Positions 11,522-25,800 of a stretch of 64,000 bases of DNA are shown here, piece by piece. Source of the stretch: Nymphaea colorata (lineage: Eukaryota). The stretch covers positions 19,034,001 through 19,098,000 of the forward strand of contig NC_045138.2 in NCBI RefSeq assembly GCF_008831285.2, written 5' to 3'. Position numbers and translations under genes: made by a program. How positions within the stretch are numbered: the first letter of the stretch is position 1; every line of letters begins with the position of its first letter. The notes under the pieces are model-generated. The model did not search any database. It saw nothing but the letters and a program-made list of their open reading frames with translations, and was not told the origin of the DNA.

Positions 11522-13238
11522 GAGAAAAAGAGAAAAAATTTGTGAAAAGTAGCTTTTACTTGTGGGGAGCATATTGTTAAAGTTATGTTTGGATGGAGGA
11601 AGAGGAAGGGAATGGGGGTTATTCCTGTGTTTGGTTGGTTAATTAAGGAGCGAAAGAAAGATTTACGTATAAGTATAAAAACAAAATTATTTATCTTACG
11701 TAGAAATTTTGAAAAATGATATTTCGGCCTTTTAAGAATTTAAAAACTATAATTAGGTTTTTCTTATGAAAAAATTTTGGTAGGATGTCATCCTGCTCAC
11801 TCAAAACCACCAACCAAGAACTGAATTTTCCGATAAAGTGTTGAAATAGGTCATGCTAATGATAATAAGTGGTTTCTCTTTTCATTAGAAAAGATTGCTG
11901 CCTTTAAACACAAGAACCATTGTTTGGTGGAACGATGACCTTGCACTTCTCAATGTCCATAAGAAAAGATGAGTTCGAATCGCACACGCACTTGTTAAAA
12001 AGGAGATAAAGTTAGGACCATATTTTATCCGCCCTTTTGTTGAATATGGCAGACCGGTTTGATTCTGTGGCCGATTTAAGAACATCATGTTGTTAATTAT
12101 TAAATGTATTTTTACATGTTTTCAAAAGTTTTACTAACAAAATTAATTTTATTGTAAGTATCGCCGGTTCACTAGCAATTCATCTTAATCGTCGAATCGT
12201 TCGGTGACCCTTAAACCATATAAATATTGTTTTCCAAAAAGAAGTTTCACCTCAGAAATTTTTAAGCCCATCAAATCAAATGCTTCTTTAAAAATGAAAG
12301 CAGAGACCAAGTTTTCTTCGTTTATCCTATGCTATTTTTTGCAAAACTTGTTTCGTTTCCATGCTACTTTTGCTTGGTGTGCGTGGGGAATCTCATTCTT
12401 TTCTTCAAAACCAACTTCACCGACCAAGCTTTTTTCTTTTTTTTGGTTTTTCCCTTTTGGATCTCCAAGATTCCTCCCTTTCTCCTCTTACCAATTTTTT
12501 CCTTATAATGTAATTGCCTATAAAGACGGGGTTGGTGCAACTGTTGGGGTGAAGGTTAGTGGGCGGCTGGTATCCCTTTTAAATTCTCAGTATGTTAAGT
12601 TTTTGTGCTGCAAATGGGGGCCACCAATATGCAAGTTAAATCACGACAGGGGTGGCACCTAGATGCATCGAAAGTAAACCCTTGAACAAGACATCTTCGG
12701 CTCTTTTCTGCACAATAGGATGAAATGTTCATTCTGCTCACTAAAAATATGATAAATATCGTATTGGTGAATTGGTAGCTAAAACTAGAAAGTTTGGGTC
12801 AACAAACTTAAGGGTGAGAAGGTGTGCGTTCCAAAGTGGTTACTCTTTGACATTAAACAACTTGTTTTTCACTACCTCTATTCTTAGGTAGTAGGTTGGT
12901 ATTTTGCCATCTAAACTCCAAAAAAAAAAGAACTTCTTAAAGATGGTAGTTACCTTCATGAGATACACAAGTTTATGGTAATAGCAAATAGAATAAAAAT
13001 GCTTAGTCATAAATGATCAAGGATGGGTCGCATAGATATGAGGTACATGTTTTTGTTGATGTGAGAAAAGATTCAAGGTAAAATTTAGGTTAGGCTTAAA
13101 GTTCATACTTTAAATCCTTATTTTAGCTATTTACATTGCCAAAATGTTTTGACTTTAGTTCGGAAGGAGAGAGTCGGACCTTAAATCCATAGGTCAGGTT
13201 CATATTTAAAGTGTTTTTTTGTTGAAAATAACCTTACA

Positions 13239-13442
13239 ATATGATCTTAAAGATAAGTTGATGCAACATGTATATTAAGTTGATCACTTTTGGAGTTTTA
13301 ATAGTGTTTTTATAATAAGAAAAAAGGAATGACTTTCATAGCATCAATATTTTGATAACTGAAAAAAAAAACAACATTTTTCATAAAAACAACTTGATTT
13401 CTGAATCATTTTTTAATATCAAAATAGCTTTATAAATATATT
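13239..13442. repeat. Dispersed AT-rich repeat, copy 1 (copy 2 at ~34393-34590)
   Basis: ATATGATCTTAAAGATAAGTTGATG...AAGTTGATCA...TTTTATAATAAG...TTCATAAAAACAACTTGATT...AAAATAG..TTATAAATATATT is shared by both copies in the same orientation. Probably a non-autonomous TE fragment. Confidence 0.75.
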
Positions 13443-14162
13443 AAGAACCATCAAAACACGATCGCCCGATGCATTGCATTAGGTGGAACAGCTCAATGCA
13501 TTGCATCAAACATTATGCTCTGAGAGAATTTCTCCATACAAATTCTGATGAAATATTTACTTTTACCTTGTTAAAGTAAGCAATTAGATCTAAACTTCTT
13601 CGTGGGTTCCAACTAAATGGTTTCAAATACAAATCAGTAATCAAATATCCGATCCATAAGAAAATGAATGGAGCTTTGGTTGGCACGTGACATTTGCAAA
13701 GGATACAACACGAGAGAGGCAACCAAAAGGAAGCAATATTATCGACCTTCCATCCATGAAATGGATGGCGAAGATCTTAGATGCTTTTAAGAACGTAATT
13801 TGGCTCATATCACGTGATTCGCCCACCGTTAAAAGGATATGGTGGGCCACCGCCGTCACCAATAAATCGCTCCTTTTCTGACGATATATTTACCGTGACC
13901 GTGATATTGCCGCTTAAACCAAATATCGTGATTTTATCGCCTCGTTGCGCGGGCATATTATATAGTCCACTATCAGACGCTTCGGTTTTTATCAAACTAT
14001 CGGACGAGACATAAAAATTTGTACTTTATAATCGGCTCCCGTTATTTTCACATTTTTACTCTTCGTTGTCCTTTTCCACCATCGCTGTTGCGCACCGGTT
14101 TCTTTCTCTCTCTCTCTCTCTCTCTCTGGGGTTCTGGTTAGACTGGTTTGGTCGTGCGAAGT

Positions 14163-17100
14163 ATGGGGGATACACTGGTGGAGCTCGAGCAGATCCTCAG
14201 ATCAAGCAAGGTTCTAGTTCCACTCTTTCTTTCTTATTTCTTGGCTAACTTTACTGCTTTCTTTGGGCAAAATTTCAGTTACCATTTCCGATCATCTTAG
14301 GAATAGTTCTCCTACGGAAACCCTACGGCTTCCTGCGATTCGGATTACATTTTGAAGAATATGTTGTACGAAGTAATAGCTAGTCTTTCTTCGTCACAGT
14401 TGCTGCAACATTGCAACGGGTAATTGGCTCTTCCGGGCTCTCCGATTGTTTATATCCGCTACTTGCTTAAGATTGGGGTTGAAACTTATCGATCCTTTCG
14501 AAATGCTCGGGGTGGTTAGTTTGCTTGTTCTTTGTCGAGCCAATGGTTGAAGCTTTTGAAGTTCAGATGATCTTGTTGTAAAGGGGAGAAGTAGCCTTTT
14601 GAGAAAACATTCGTGCGGAAGGTTATCTTTTAAGGAGATTGGCATGTTGATGGCGTGGTTGATAATTCGATAACGGTGTTTTTGTTGTTTCACGAAGATG
14701 AGAGGGAGGAGAAGAAGAGCTTAGAGTTTGATGATTTCATGCTTTCTGCGCCACCATTGTTGTATTTGGTAGTATTATCAGATTCTTCTGTTGTATTTTC
14801 TTACAAAATAGGTCCTCTGTTTCATTTTTAGTTGGTAGTCATCTAGACGCGACTGCCGGTGGAAGAGGTAGAAGTAATGGACTCTTGGGTTGTGTAGTAT
14901 AGTAGATGAAATCAACAGTTTGGTGCCTTGCATTAGGTTTTCGGTGAATGTTTTTGTACGTCGTTGAATACTAACACGGTATATCTTCAACAATCTGCAT
15001 GGACTTGCATTGTGACTGGTGTTACTGTCGTATTTCTAGGAGAAATTAACACAAGATGAGGAGCATGTGCTTCGAAGTTGCAAGGCAAGGGCAGTGAGGG
15101 ACTTCACATTTAGTGCCTGTCTTGTTTCTGGTATCACCTGGACAGGTGATTGAAAATATGATCGGTTTATTTACTTATTTACTTAAAATGTTCCATGTTA
15201 TGGTGGATTAGATCACGTAATGTAATTCAAACTCTCTGTGTGTGTCAGCGCACCATGCCCACTTACGTCTTGGTTTTGTACCAGATTCTTTTCATAGTAT
15301 TCCTTGAGTTAATGCAATTTTTCTCTGCGTGTTTTAAAGATGTGTTGTTTTGATTTGGCAGCAACGAGGAGGCTTGCCTATGCGCATCGCTTTAATCTAT
15401 CTGGAGGTAATTGGCTAACTTTTTGCTTGTTTTACTCCAGTAATGTTATATTGGGTGGATAGTTGCAATTTTTATTGGCTTCAATTTTTTTGAAGACAAA
15501 ACTTCCAATGGTAGTGCTTGCCTCATCATTTTTTTATAACCTATCATCCTGTCACAAAAATGAAAATCTTTCCTCAATTGCTGTCATGGCAAGATAACAC
15601 TTATTCCACTGAGATCCAAATTTTCTTATGGTTGCAACTGGTTAATGTTTTCGGGAATTCTTGTTACTGACAGCAAAAGGAAACAGAATAACCATAGGGT
15701 GAACAATGGAAAAGGAACAATGCATCAGTTTCTCATGTTTCACAGCCTGCATCAGATCCATCATTTGGAGTTACTATTGCATTTGTTTGAAGCTTCATAT
15801 TAGTTCCTTCAGTTCTTTTAATGAAAATTTTCAGTTGACTTAGTTCATCATGATGCAGTAGAACGTAGGTCTTTTTTGGATCTCCCATGTTGTCAGCACT
15901 CACATTCTTTGTCATGTTTTTTTTTATGGTTTTTTTGCTCCTATGTCATCAGGTATGCGAACATACATGCAACTTTTCCATTAGATGCCTAGAAATCGCT
16001 TATATAGAAACAGATGCTAACGTTCAAAGCTTTTTTTTCCCTTCTTTCTTCCCTTGTGTTTGATCTTGTTCAATGCAGTTTATCTTTCCTTTCTTTTTTC
16101 AAGTATATAAATGTAGCTTCACATTCTCAAGAGCATATACACTCATAAATTTGTGTATGCGTATAGGTAATGCACTGTGCAAACATGTAAATTTGAAGCT
16201 TAAAAGCAAAGAAACACCGGACAGTTCTCTATGCAATTACCATGGAATTCAGTGTACGCAAGTCCAGGGTGCAAACGGTAACGCTGCACCAACAGGCTTT
16301 TGCCATTTCAATTAGGTTAGGGTCCTAGGGATTATTCCGACCTGCATATTACATGTCAAACAACTCGTAATGTTTTTATTAGCAGGATTGTGGAAGAGCA
16401 ATGTTCTTCCCTGTGATGAGAAACAGGCAAAAGATGCTTCCACTTGAATCATGAATTTAGTCATCGTACTAAGTGTGAATGAGCATAGATGCAATCAACA
16501 TTTTGTCAGCATGGTCAAGTTTTGGTGCATTTTGCTTGGCACCTGCATAGCTCATAGAACTATGAGGATCAAATGCACCCTGCTCTGAGTGCAGAGTGCT
16601 CTCACCCTGCAAATTGGATGTCGTTGAAAATTTGAACGTAGAAAAATAATACTTTTTTCAATCTTCTCCTTAGTAGCAGAAAATCAGCCATTGGTAGCAG
16701 CAGAAAACCAACTGCACAAGCCTAATTCTGTTTGAAACATTAATGAGCCATAGCCAGTGTATCGTCAGAAAATTATGTGACACTAACCATGTTTAGCAGG
16801 TTTAACTGAACCGAAGGAATGTCATAATCATTTTTTCTCAATCCAATAGAAAGTGATGACCGTCATCCTAGTTCGATAGATACTGTTTATGTTGCTTAGC
16901 TATATCGGCTAAGCTAAAACATTTTTCTGATTCCAGCATAAAATGATCGTCATCATGTAATTTGGACAGATATTGTGTTGCTGTAGAGTGTAGTTATTAA
17001 ACTGGATGAACTAGGTGTAGCTTAGAGGCAGTGGACTTCGTCTGAGCGGATCCTGATCTCATTCATCTTGTCTTGTTTATTAGGACACTGATCGACCTAC

Positions 17101-18480
17101 ATCCTAATCATAAGAGGTGTCTATGTTGAAAATTTAGTGCTTGCAGCTGAATAGGCATCAAGAGCACCATGAACATGTGAGACAAAGTTCTTGAACATAT
17201 CAAAATCACCAAAAGACCCTTGCTCATCTTTGGCTTTTCTAAATCTTCTCTCTACGTTAACTCTTAGTTTTTTTATCTGCTCTTGCTGGTCTCTAAGCTT
17301 CAAATTTGAAAGGATTGCCCGAGCACAATTTCCATTTTTTTTCTTTTTCTTATTTGTGTAAGTGCATAAGGAGAGGGAGAGGGAGAGCTTAAAGATGATG
17401 TTCACTAATGTCCATGATTTTCATGTTTCTGGGTTGTTCAGTCACTGTCAGTGTCGTTGCTCTCATGCCTAGCAAACAGCTAAACGTTCGCCATATTACT
17501 GTAGGTGCTGCTATTCTTTTTGGCATGTGGAGATTTGATAGGTCCCTTAATTCATGCCTAGATCAAATTCTTGCCTTAGAGGGAAGTCGCATGCAGCGAG
17601 AGCTTGCGAAGCTGTATATCATCTCTCTTTTTCAATTTTGATAAGTGTTGGGTGTGGAGATAGAGAGTGTCTTTCTGAATCGTGCCACGGTAACTTTGCT
17701 GCAGAATACTGACCAAGTATCAGGATGATCCTTGGAGAATGCAGCTTGTGAAGAAGCATTTCTATTCTGAAAGGGTATTCAATGATGCTAATCCCGAAAA
17801 GCCATTATCTAGGTGGCGTCAGCGCCACTTCTTTGGAGACACTAACACCCACAAACCTCGTGAGGATGAAGAAGGAACTTTTGAGAAAACCAACTCCAAG
17901 CATGATGACAGCAATGAACTGGAGAGCTCATCTGAGAGTTACACGCCAAAGGAGGTACCAGTAAGTACTAACTGAAAGCACTAATTAATAGATAATAACA
18001 ATTTCAATCTGAAACCGCTGATAGGTTGAAATTTCGTCCATTTTTTCTAGAGAAAAAAAGAAACCTTTGAAACGTTCTCCATTTTAAGAAAAATGTTTTA
18101 TACCATCTATATCTTGGAAAAGGTAGAACTTTAGAACCTAAAAATTCTGTTTCCTGAGGGGGATGTGTTGGAAAAATTACAGAGAGGTCTGCTTACCGCA
18201 ATTTTTTATTTGGTTACTTCTCACCCTGCCTTTTCCCAAGTCTACAACTCGAAGAATTATATCTATGGTTCTAAATGCCAAACTGTTTGTGTAACAGAAA
18301 ACGTCAGAGGATTTTGTTCCGAACCCTCTGGACTACATTCTCGGGTTTCCAGGAACTGACAGTGGGAGCTCTGAAACTATTAGCCCTTCACCAAAAAGGC
18401 GCAATCGTGCTCACAGAAGACTTCACCGAAAAAATCATATTCCCCACAATGTGTCGTTGAAAGCTGAACTTGTAGAATAA
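14163..18480 (+). CDS. Uncharacterised plant protein, ~248 aa, 6 exons
   Basis: Exons 14163-14210, 15040-15145, 15362-15406, 17505-17613, 17705-17960, 18298-18480. All introns are GT-AG and the 747 nt stay in frame: MGDTLVELEQILRSSK-EKLTQDEEHVLRSCKARAVRDF...GAAILFGMWRFDRSLNSCLDQILALEGSRMQRELAK...KHFYSERVFNDANPEKPLSRWRQRHFFGD...KAELVE*. Confidence 0.85.
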
Positions 18481-19851
18481 CAGTTGATTGAGGGAAATAT
18501 TCACCTCCTAAAATTTTTTGTGAGGAAATTATTTGTTCGAGTTGGTTTTTAAATATTTAGTTCCTGAACTGCTGATTCCAACAGATGTTTCCACCCGCAA
18601 AATGTTGTCTCTATATCTTAATTTATCCTAAAAGGCGCATCTGATCTTGGTAGCACTACGGGACTGAGATGTGGGTAGATTTGGGCCTGAATCATGACTT
18701 GACCCCTTATTCTGATATTTTTCTGACGTTTATCTTTAACGATTGGAATGGCTGGTTTCAATTTTGAGCCACCTCCAGGTCCTTGAGCACGCGTTTTCAC
18801 CATGGAGATTTTGGCCTCCAAGTAATTCAACCATACCGATCTAAGTTTAAGGTTAGAAATCAAGGACTGTCTACATTTTACATGTAGACTGAAGAATTCG
18901 TACGGTAGAAAGCAGCTACTATGTCATTGTTACTGTTAATGTATAATCAATAAAACTACAACTTAAGAAACAAAGGAGCAAAAGCATGATTATGCTTGAA
19001 AATTTTTCTTTCAACGTCTTCTATTTTACACTAAAAAAATATATTAAAGAAAAACATCAATCATGATCGACTGGTTTTTAATTGAGACCACCAAATATTA
19101 CCATTAGCAATACCACAAAAAAACCTCGCAACATGATGACAATGTTGAAACTTGATCATCGTTTTCAACTTGAACGCCCTTTAAGCTTTTCCTTTTCACC
19201 ATCTACACACCACCTGTAGCAGTTTCGGATGTCTCTATTGTCACCAAAAATTAAATTCTTCTTCAATACTTTCAGTAATTGGCCTGCATGCCCGACGTTG
19301 CAAGGGATAGCTATATATGTTTCCCACGCTAAATTTCATGGTAACAAGGAAGTTGCATTGCTTTGTCTCTTGCGCTAATGCAGGAGCCAAGGGATTACTT
19401 CAAAGACTTGTCACCAAGGGATGCCAAGAGTTAAATGCCCGGTGGTCAATTAAGATAAACTTAATGGAGACATGCCGATTCGGCTTTATTACAATATTCA
19501 AAGGAAAGAAAAGAAAAAGACTGCACCTGCATCTATAGGTATCTTTTTCATCTTTTTACATTGGAAAGCAGTTGAAAAGAATCGTGTATCCAATGAGATC
19601 TGGAAAGGCTTCCAAGTTCCAAAATAGAGAAATTACATCGGTTGATGGGGAGATGGAGTATATTTGCTATTCACCTGTAATTTCATAAACAATTTACAAA
19701 TTTACTCCCCTTGACGAACACTATCCCCTGTACAAGACCACAGTAGCATTTTGCCACTGCTGCCCCACAAGAATTCCTTGTGAACGCACACGGCCATGAG
19801 CTCACTTCTCAATCTTCACTCTACAAAATCACCTGAAACATTTTGTTTCTT

Positions 19852-22800
19852 TTAAAAACTCGGAGCAGAGTTTGCAACAACCTCCTGAGGCAGGTGGGCG
19901 CTCTGCGAATCTTGATTATTAGTCGCAACAAGTTGTTGCAAGGGCTTAAGGGCTGCTGTGAGCTGAGCAAATGATGGGCGCAGATTTTGATCGCTGCATT
20001 GAGAGTGAAAGTAATCAACAAACTGTAATAACATCAATTTTTCTGCTTACCGTTCTAAGTAGCAGCTTATTAGCTTAGAGTTCACATTCAACCTTACGAA
20101 CATTTTGAATCTGGTTTCACTCAAGCATATGAGAACTTAAACAATAGCAGAAAAGAGAAAAGAGAAAGCCATGGATAATGCAATCGTAAACAAAGTAGTC
20201 TACCAGAAAACATGGAAAAGAGAAATTTATGATAGGAACTTTCTTCAATTAGCATAATGCACCGCATAATACTAATAGAAACTCTCTCCAATTTCCAGGT
20301 GAACGTCTAAAATTTGTATAGAAAATTTATATATTCGAAGGATAACCAGATATTAAGAGGCTCGAGAGCATGAGTTTAATCAAGTCCTGAACCCATGAAT
20401 TCATATTTGATCAATTCCGTTCCCGTATAAAAATTTTCATCCCCAGTTCTCGCAAGATAATTATGAAACGCTTTTGTGAAGTCCATGGTGTATCGAATCT
20501 TAAAAATTCAAATGAAGACAGGATGCTTACGTTTGCCAGCATTCCCAGATTATCCTGGCGACTAAGGGATCAACTTCCTTGGGAATCTCAAGGCGACGAT
20601 TCTGGAATCCAACAGCACCAACCACTTGCATTGGGTTCATACCCCTCCATGGCATTTTCAAAGTTGCAAGCTCCCACAGTATGACACCAAAGCTATAAAC
20701 ATCGCACCTGATCAAAATCCAGGAGTTAGTGATCAGAAAAAGAACATTTTCTGCTCAATCCCAAGGCATCGAGACTATTAAAAAAAAAAGACAAAAGAAG
20801 AATAAATGTCTTTCACAATATGAACTTTCCACCATATTCATTATCTAACATGCACCAGGTCCAACTGTGGTACCTTTGATCCTGCCTAACAGTTTTCCCA
20901 ATTTACCAAAAAAAATTCCACGCAATAAACTGAGATTTTTATAAACTACGTAATAAATTATAAATAAAAGAAAGTCAAGTAAAACACCAAGATACATATA
21001 TTTTGGGAAGGAAAACTAAACTTTAAACTCACTTTTCGTTGGATGGTTCATTGCGCAGAACTTCAGGTGCCATCCACTCTGGCTGAACATCACAACAAAC
21101 ATTATTTATATAAGATATTTTTCCCGGAATCAGTCGCATCCATGACTTTGACAGACAACAATTGTTGCTTTATGTGCTTTAGCTCTTACAGTTCCAGCAG
21201 TAGACTTGGAAGATAAAAATGTGTGATGCTTCATGCGAGAAAGGCCAAAATCACACACCTGCAAAACAGTAAGCAGTGAACTTCCGATGTACGCTGTGCT
21301 AAAATAAGAAGGCAGTTGTTCCATGACCCAAGGCTTTGCATTTTGCAATGCAAATGCAAGCTTATGGCCAAAATTCTTGTATGGCATGGCATTATTCAAC
21401 TATAGCAGGACCGGTGTATGGTAAATACAAGGAATCAAATGGAAATGTCGTAAAAACAACGATGAACCAATAAGCTTCGGACAGGAACAAGCTACTCGCA
21501 GTACCTTAACATTCCAGTTTTTGTCAACAAGCAAATTTGGTGATTTGAGGTCACGGTGGACTATTGTCGGTACACTGCTATGCAAGCAATTCATTCCTTT
21601 CGCCTGTTCAACAGAAATTTGGTGTAGATAAGAACTAAGAAATTGTAAACTGGGTCACATAAAGAGGAAGGTGAAAAAATTAAGAGGCCAATACCGACCA
21701 CATCGAGAGCCATTCTTATTCTACGTTTCTCATCTATCTGACAGTTAGGACGATGTAGAATCTTGTACAAGCTCCCTCTGTAGAAAAAAAAAAAGTACCA
21801 TGCCAATACAACATAAGCAGAGTAAAAAAGAAAAAAGGGAGACCCACAATAATATGGGCTTTTGATAAATCTTGGAAAATCTTAGTATATAAATTTCAAA
21901 AATATTAGAAGATAGCAAAAACTAAGAAAACAACATATCAAAAAGCACATAAATTAGTTTGAGAAGACCAAAATGTTCCCTTGTAATATTATTTCAGGAT
22001 AATTTAGACGTAAAATTATGATACTATTCAAATAACACCAGCATCTGCAACTATACCATGAGCCCTGGCATCAGATTTCCACAGGCACACACCTTCCTAG
22101 ATTTGAAGGCAGCAGGGTTAAGTTATGCGAAATCCTTTCAAGAACCATTCTCAGGAGTAACACTAATATCAAAGTCAATATGCTTAAAATTTTGAATCAA
22201 TAAAATCAACCATGTCATCTCTCAATGGTTATCATGTAATGGACAATCAACTACTCATAGTAATGATTAAAAAAAATGATAAAAGTTCTAATTGAGAATT
22301 GGGTTAAAAAAGAAAAAAGAAAATAATTGTCACTTTCTGGCTTATATCATCTCTCAATTTCATATCAAGAGATATTACCAAGGACATGTCATTTATGAGG
22401 GGAAGTGAACGAATTTACCTAGGAAGGAACTCTGTGACAATGGAAAGGTGAGGAGGACGAGTGACTGCACCCATAAAAAGAACAACATTTGGATGCCGCA
22501 GCCGGCGCATGATTTTGACCTGAAAAAACGATTTCAGGCCTATTATGCCTTTTGCAAATGAGAAGCTTAAGCATTTTCTGTAAAATATAATCAGAACCGA
22601 GCAAACAGCCACACATACTAGGACTTACTTCAGTTTTGAATTCCTGCAATGCATCCCCAGAGAATTCCTGATCCAAGAATTTCTTTACTGCTACTTCCTA
22701 ACATTTGAAGTCATCACCATAAGACACTTAAGACATGGGTTGCTCATGAAAATGATACATGAAAAATGTACGTTTGAGGTGTACTAAAAAGCTTCATTTC

Positions 22801-25800
22801 CCAGTAAGAACACTAAAAACTAGAATAATGAAGGAAAAAGCCTGTACAAGAGAGTCAATAAAGAAAATGTACTTACTGTGCCATTCCAATCAGCATGATA
22901 AACTTCTCCATATGAACCTGCAAATAAAAATCATGCATCATATATTTGAGCCTCTAAAATAAAAAGGACTGTAACCAAGAAGGTTAAAAGCCATGAAAAA
23001 TTGGGCACAAATAACATTTTATCCTTCGATCACATGCACTTCAAATTGTTAATCATCCACGACGAGCACCATGCACATTGTACAACAATTGATCATACAT
23101 AAATCCACTGGACAGATGAACGTAAACATAGCACTAACTGAAAATCGACAAGCTTGTAAAGATAGCATGCTTGCTTCAGATAGGTGAACCTGATGATTAC
23201 CAGAAGTAAACATATAACATATGCACATCCACCCAAGAATGATCTTCAACCTTACAAACAAAAGTTGACCTATGGTTGACTGAAAATTATATGCAGTGCA
23301 TATCTGCTACCAAAGGAAACAGAAAAACGCCAATATAAAGCAGCACAGCGTCAACTTAAGGTCTTAGACATGCATGGAACCAGGTTCAGACCATAGACCT
23401 TCAGTACTAACTCTTCAGTGTCAAGAGAAAAGAAAAACGGCAGTACCTAAGCCAATACGTTCACCAATAACCAGGTCTTCCCATCGAATTTCATATTCAG
23501 CTACATCATCCAACATCGGGTCTAGCTTACTCAAACTAGCATGGATTGTTAGTGCTGAAGACTCCTGGGAGCCGAAGGACCCATCGTTTGTCCACAGCCT
23601 TTGCTCATTCTCGGCTCTCATATTCTTAGGGTAAACATTTCTTCCTTGAACTTCAGCATTTTTTGGGGCCTCCCTGCCACAAATCAAATTTCCATGCTCT
23701 TTATCTTGCCCAGCTTTATTCTGAAAACTCTCAGTCAGAAAAGAAAGTTTCCCCACTCCTGCAGGAGAGTCCCAAGTGAATAACCTATCACATTAATGTA
23801 TCCATGCAATTACTAAAGAGCCACTATCATATGGGAGAAACATGACAATATCAGGGAATGTACCTGTCACATCGTTTGCTTTATTTGACTTCACATTTGA
23901 AACACCAGAAATCTTGGAGACATGCACATTCTTAAACTCTGGCGTCATGTCCTCAATAGACGAATTGGACAAGCTCGATGAAGATGAATATGAACCTTTG
24001 ACAGCCAAGTTTTTCAATGGGAAAAGACCTTCAACAAATTCTTGCTGTTTTGTCCTTGGCACCTCATTAGTCCTGTGTTTCCATGCAGCTGGTCCCGGTG
24101 GTCTTCCAGGACCAGCAGCAATATTTTCTCTGCGCCTCTGGAAATCAATAACCTTGTCCTCATTAACTTTATTCTGTTTTCTGGGGCCAATAATATGAAA
24201 AGGATTTAGATCTGCAAAAAGCTGGTGCGAGTCTACAGGCTCTTGAGAATATGGTGTTCCATTTAGCTTCTCTTTTACTTCATCATGAAGAAGGGAGGCT
24301 CCCACATCCTCTGTTGTTGGCTTTGAAGACAAAGAAGCTGCAGCTGAAAATAATGAGATCTCATGCAGCTGATTTTTATTAAGCAAGATATCAGACATTT
24401 TGCCAGTACCTGCAGAGACAGTAGAGATAGCTCCACTGCTTGAAATGTAATTCGGAAATTTCAGAACCATTTTCTCAGAAGCATTATTCCAACCTGAAAT
24501 ACTGTTTTCTGTATTGCATTTTCCGCTGGCTGAGTTGTACTCACTGCCCGGTGAAACTACAGTTGACGTATCAAAACTGGGGATCTCAGTGGCCTTTGGA
24601 AGTGGAGAGTTGTGGAATTTATGTCCATTCATGTCTGAAGCAGGATCTTTTGTACTGAAAATATCAGCTGGAATGAGAGTTCCAGGGGCTCCCATGAGAT
24701 CAACTAAAAACTCCCTGCAGCAAAAAGAAAAATGCATTGAAAGAGAGAGAAGTGAGATGACTTTATGTAAACCTCTCTATATAGCATAGAAGAAAAATTC
24801 ATCACCTTGATTTTCCTATATTAACTTGTTCTTGAGGTGACTTGTGTATCAGAAAAAAGACAGGGTATGGCATCCAGAAAGGACAAACCTCCTTCTCTAC
24901 ATTTAGCACTCCTACCCAACTTTATGCATTTTCTAAGTGCCAACTCTTATCCCAATCATTCAGCAGTTGTGCTACTCTTGGATGAGGTTGAATGCTAGTT
25001 CAGCATAAGTCAACCAAATCCAATATGGTGCATCAGATCCAGAACAGGCCAGAATAGATACATCAATACATTCTGCATCTTAATGGAACTTTTTGATCCT
25101 AGTGATTCCTGGGAAGGTTTGTTCTGAAAGTCTTCCTAAAATTTTGTGTTTCTTAGGATGATACAGATAGTCAAAAAATTTAAAAACACAAAACATCTTA
25201 CATAAATACATAAATAATGAACAAAATTCAAAATAATATTAAAATTCAAAAAAAGATAAGAATATCCACTTAAGCATGAAAATGTTGAATCCGAGATGCA
25301 GCTAACAACAAATCTGAAACAAGAAATCACAAAATGCTGAACAAGGAAGAAGACCTGTCATCTTCCGCTTTGATTATGTTAACTGCACCATCATCAACGC
25401 CAGTGTAGAGGCTTCCTTTAACCAACCGGCAAGGAAAACCAACAGAATCTGCTATGACCTGCACCAGCAACACAAAATATAGAAATATACATAATATTCA
25501 AGAAGTTATACAATTATTAAAATGTTGATGAATCAGAGAGTACTTTCAACTCCAAAGATCTAGTCTAGTTTGAATAACAGAATCCAAGCACAAAATTTTG
25601 AATATCATTTCTAGTTCTATACAGAATTGAGTAAGAGTGGTCTGCTGACTCACTGATTTTAAACAAGTAACTTCAATATTAGGACCATGATAATTGATAA
25701 ATGATAACTATTGTAAGTAAATTTCTAAACCGTAGGTAAGTCAAGGTGTATAACTGTATAAATATTAACAGAGCTTTCACCACATTGCTTACACATTATT

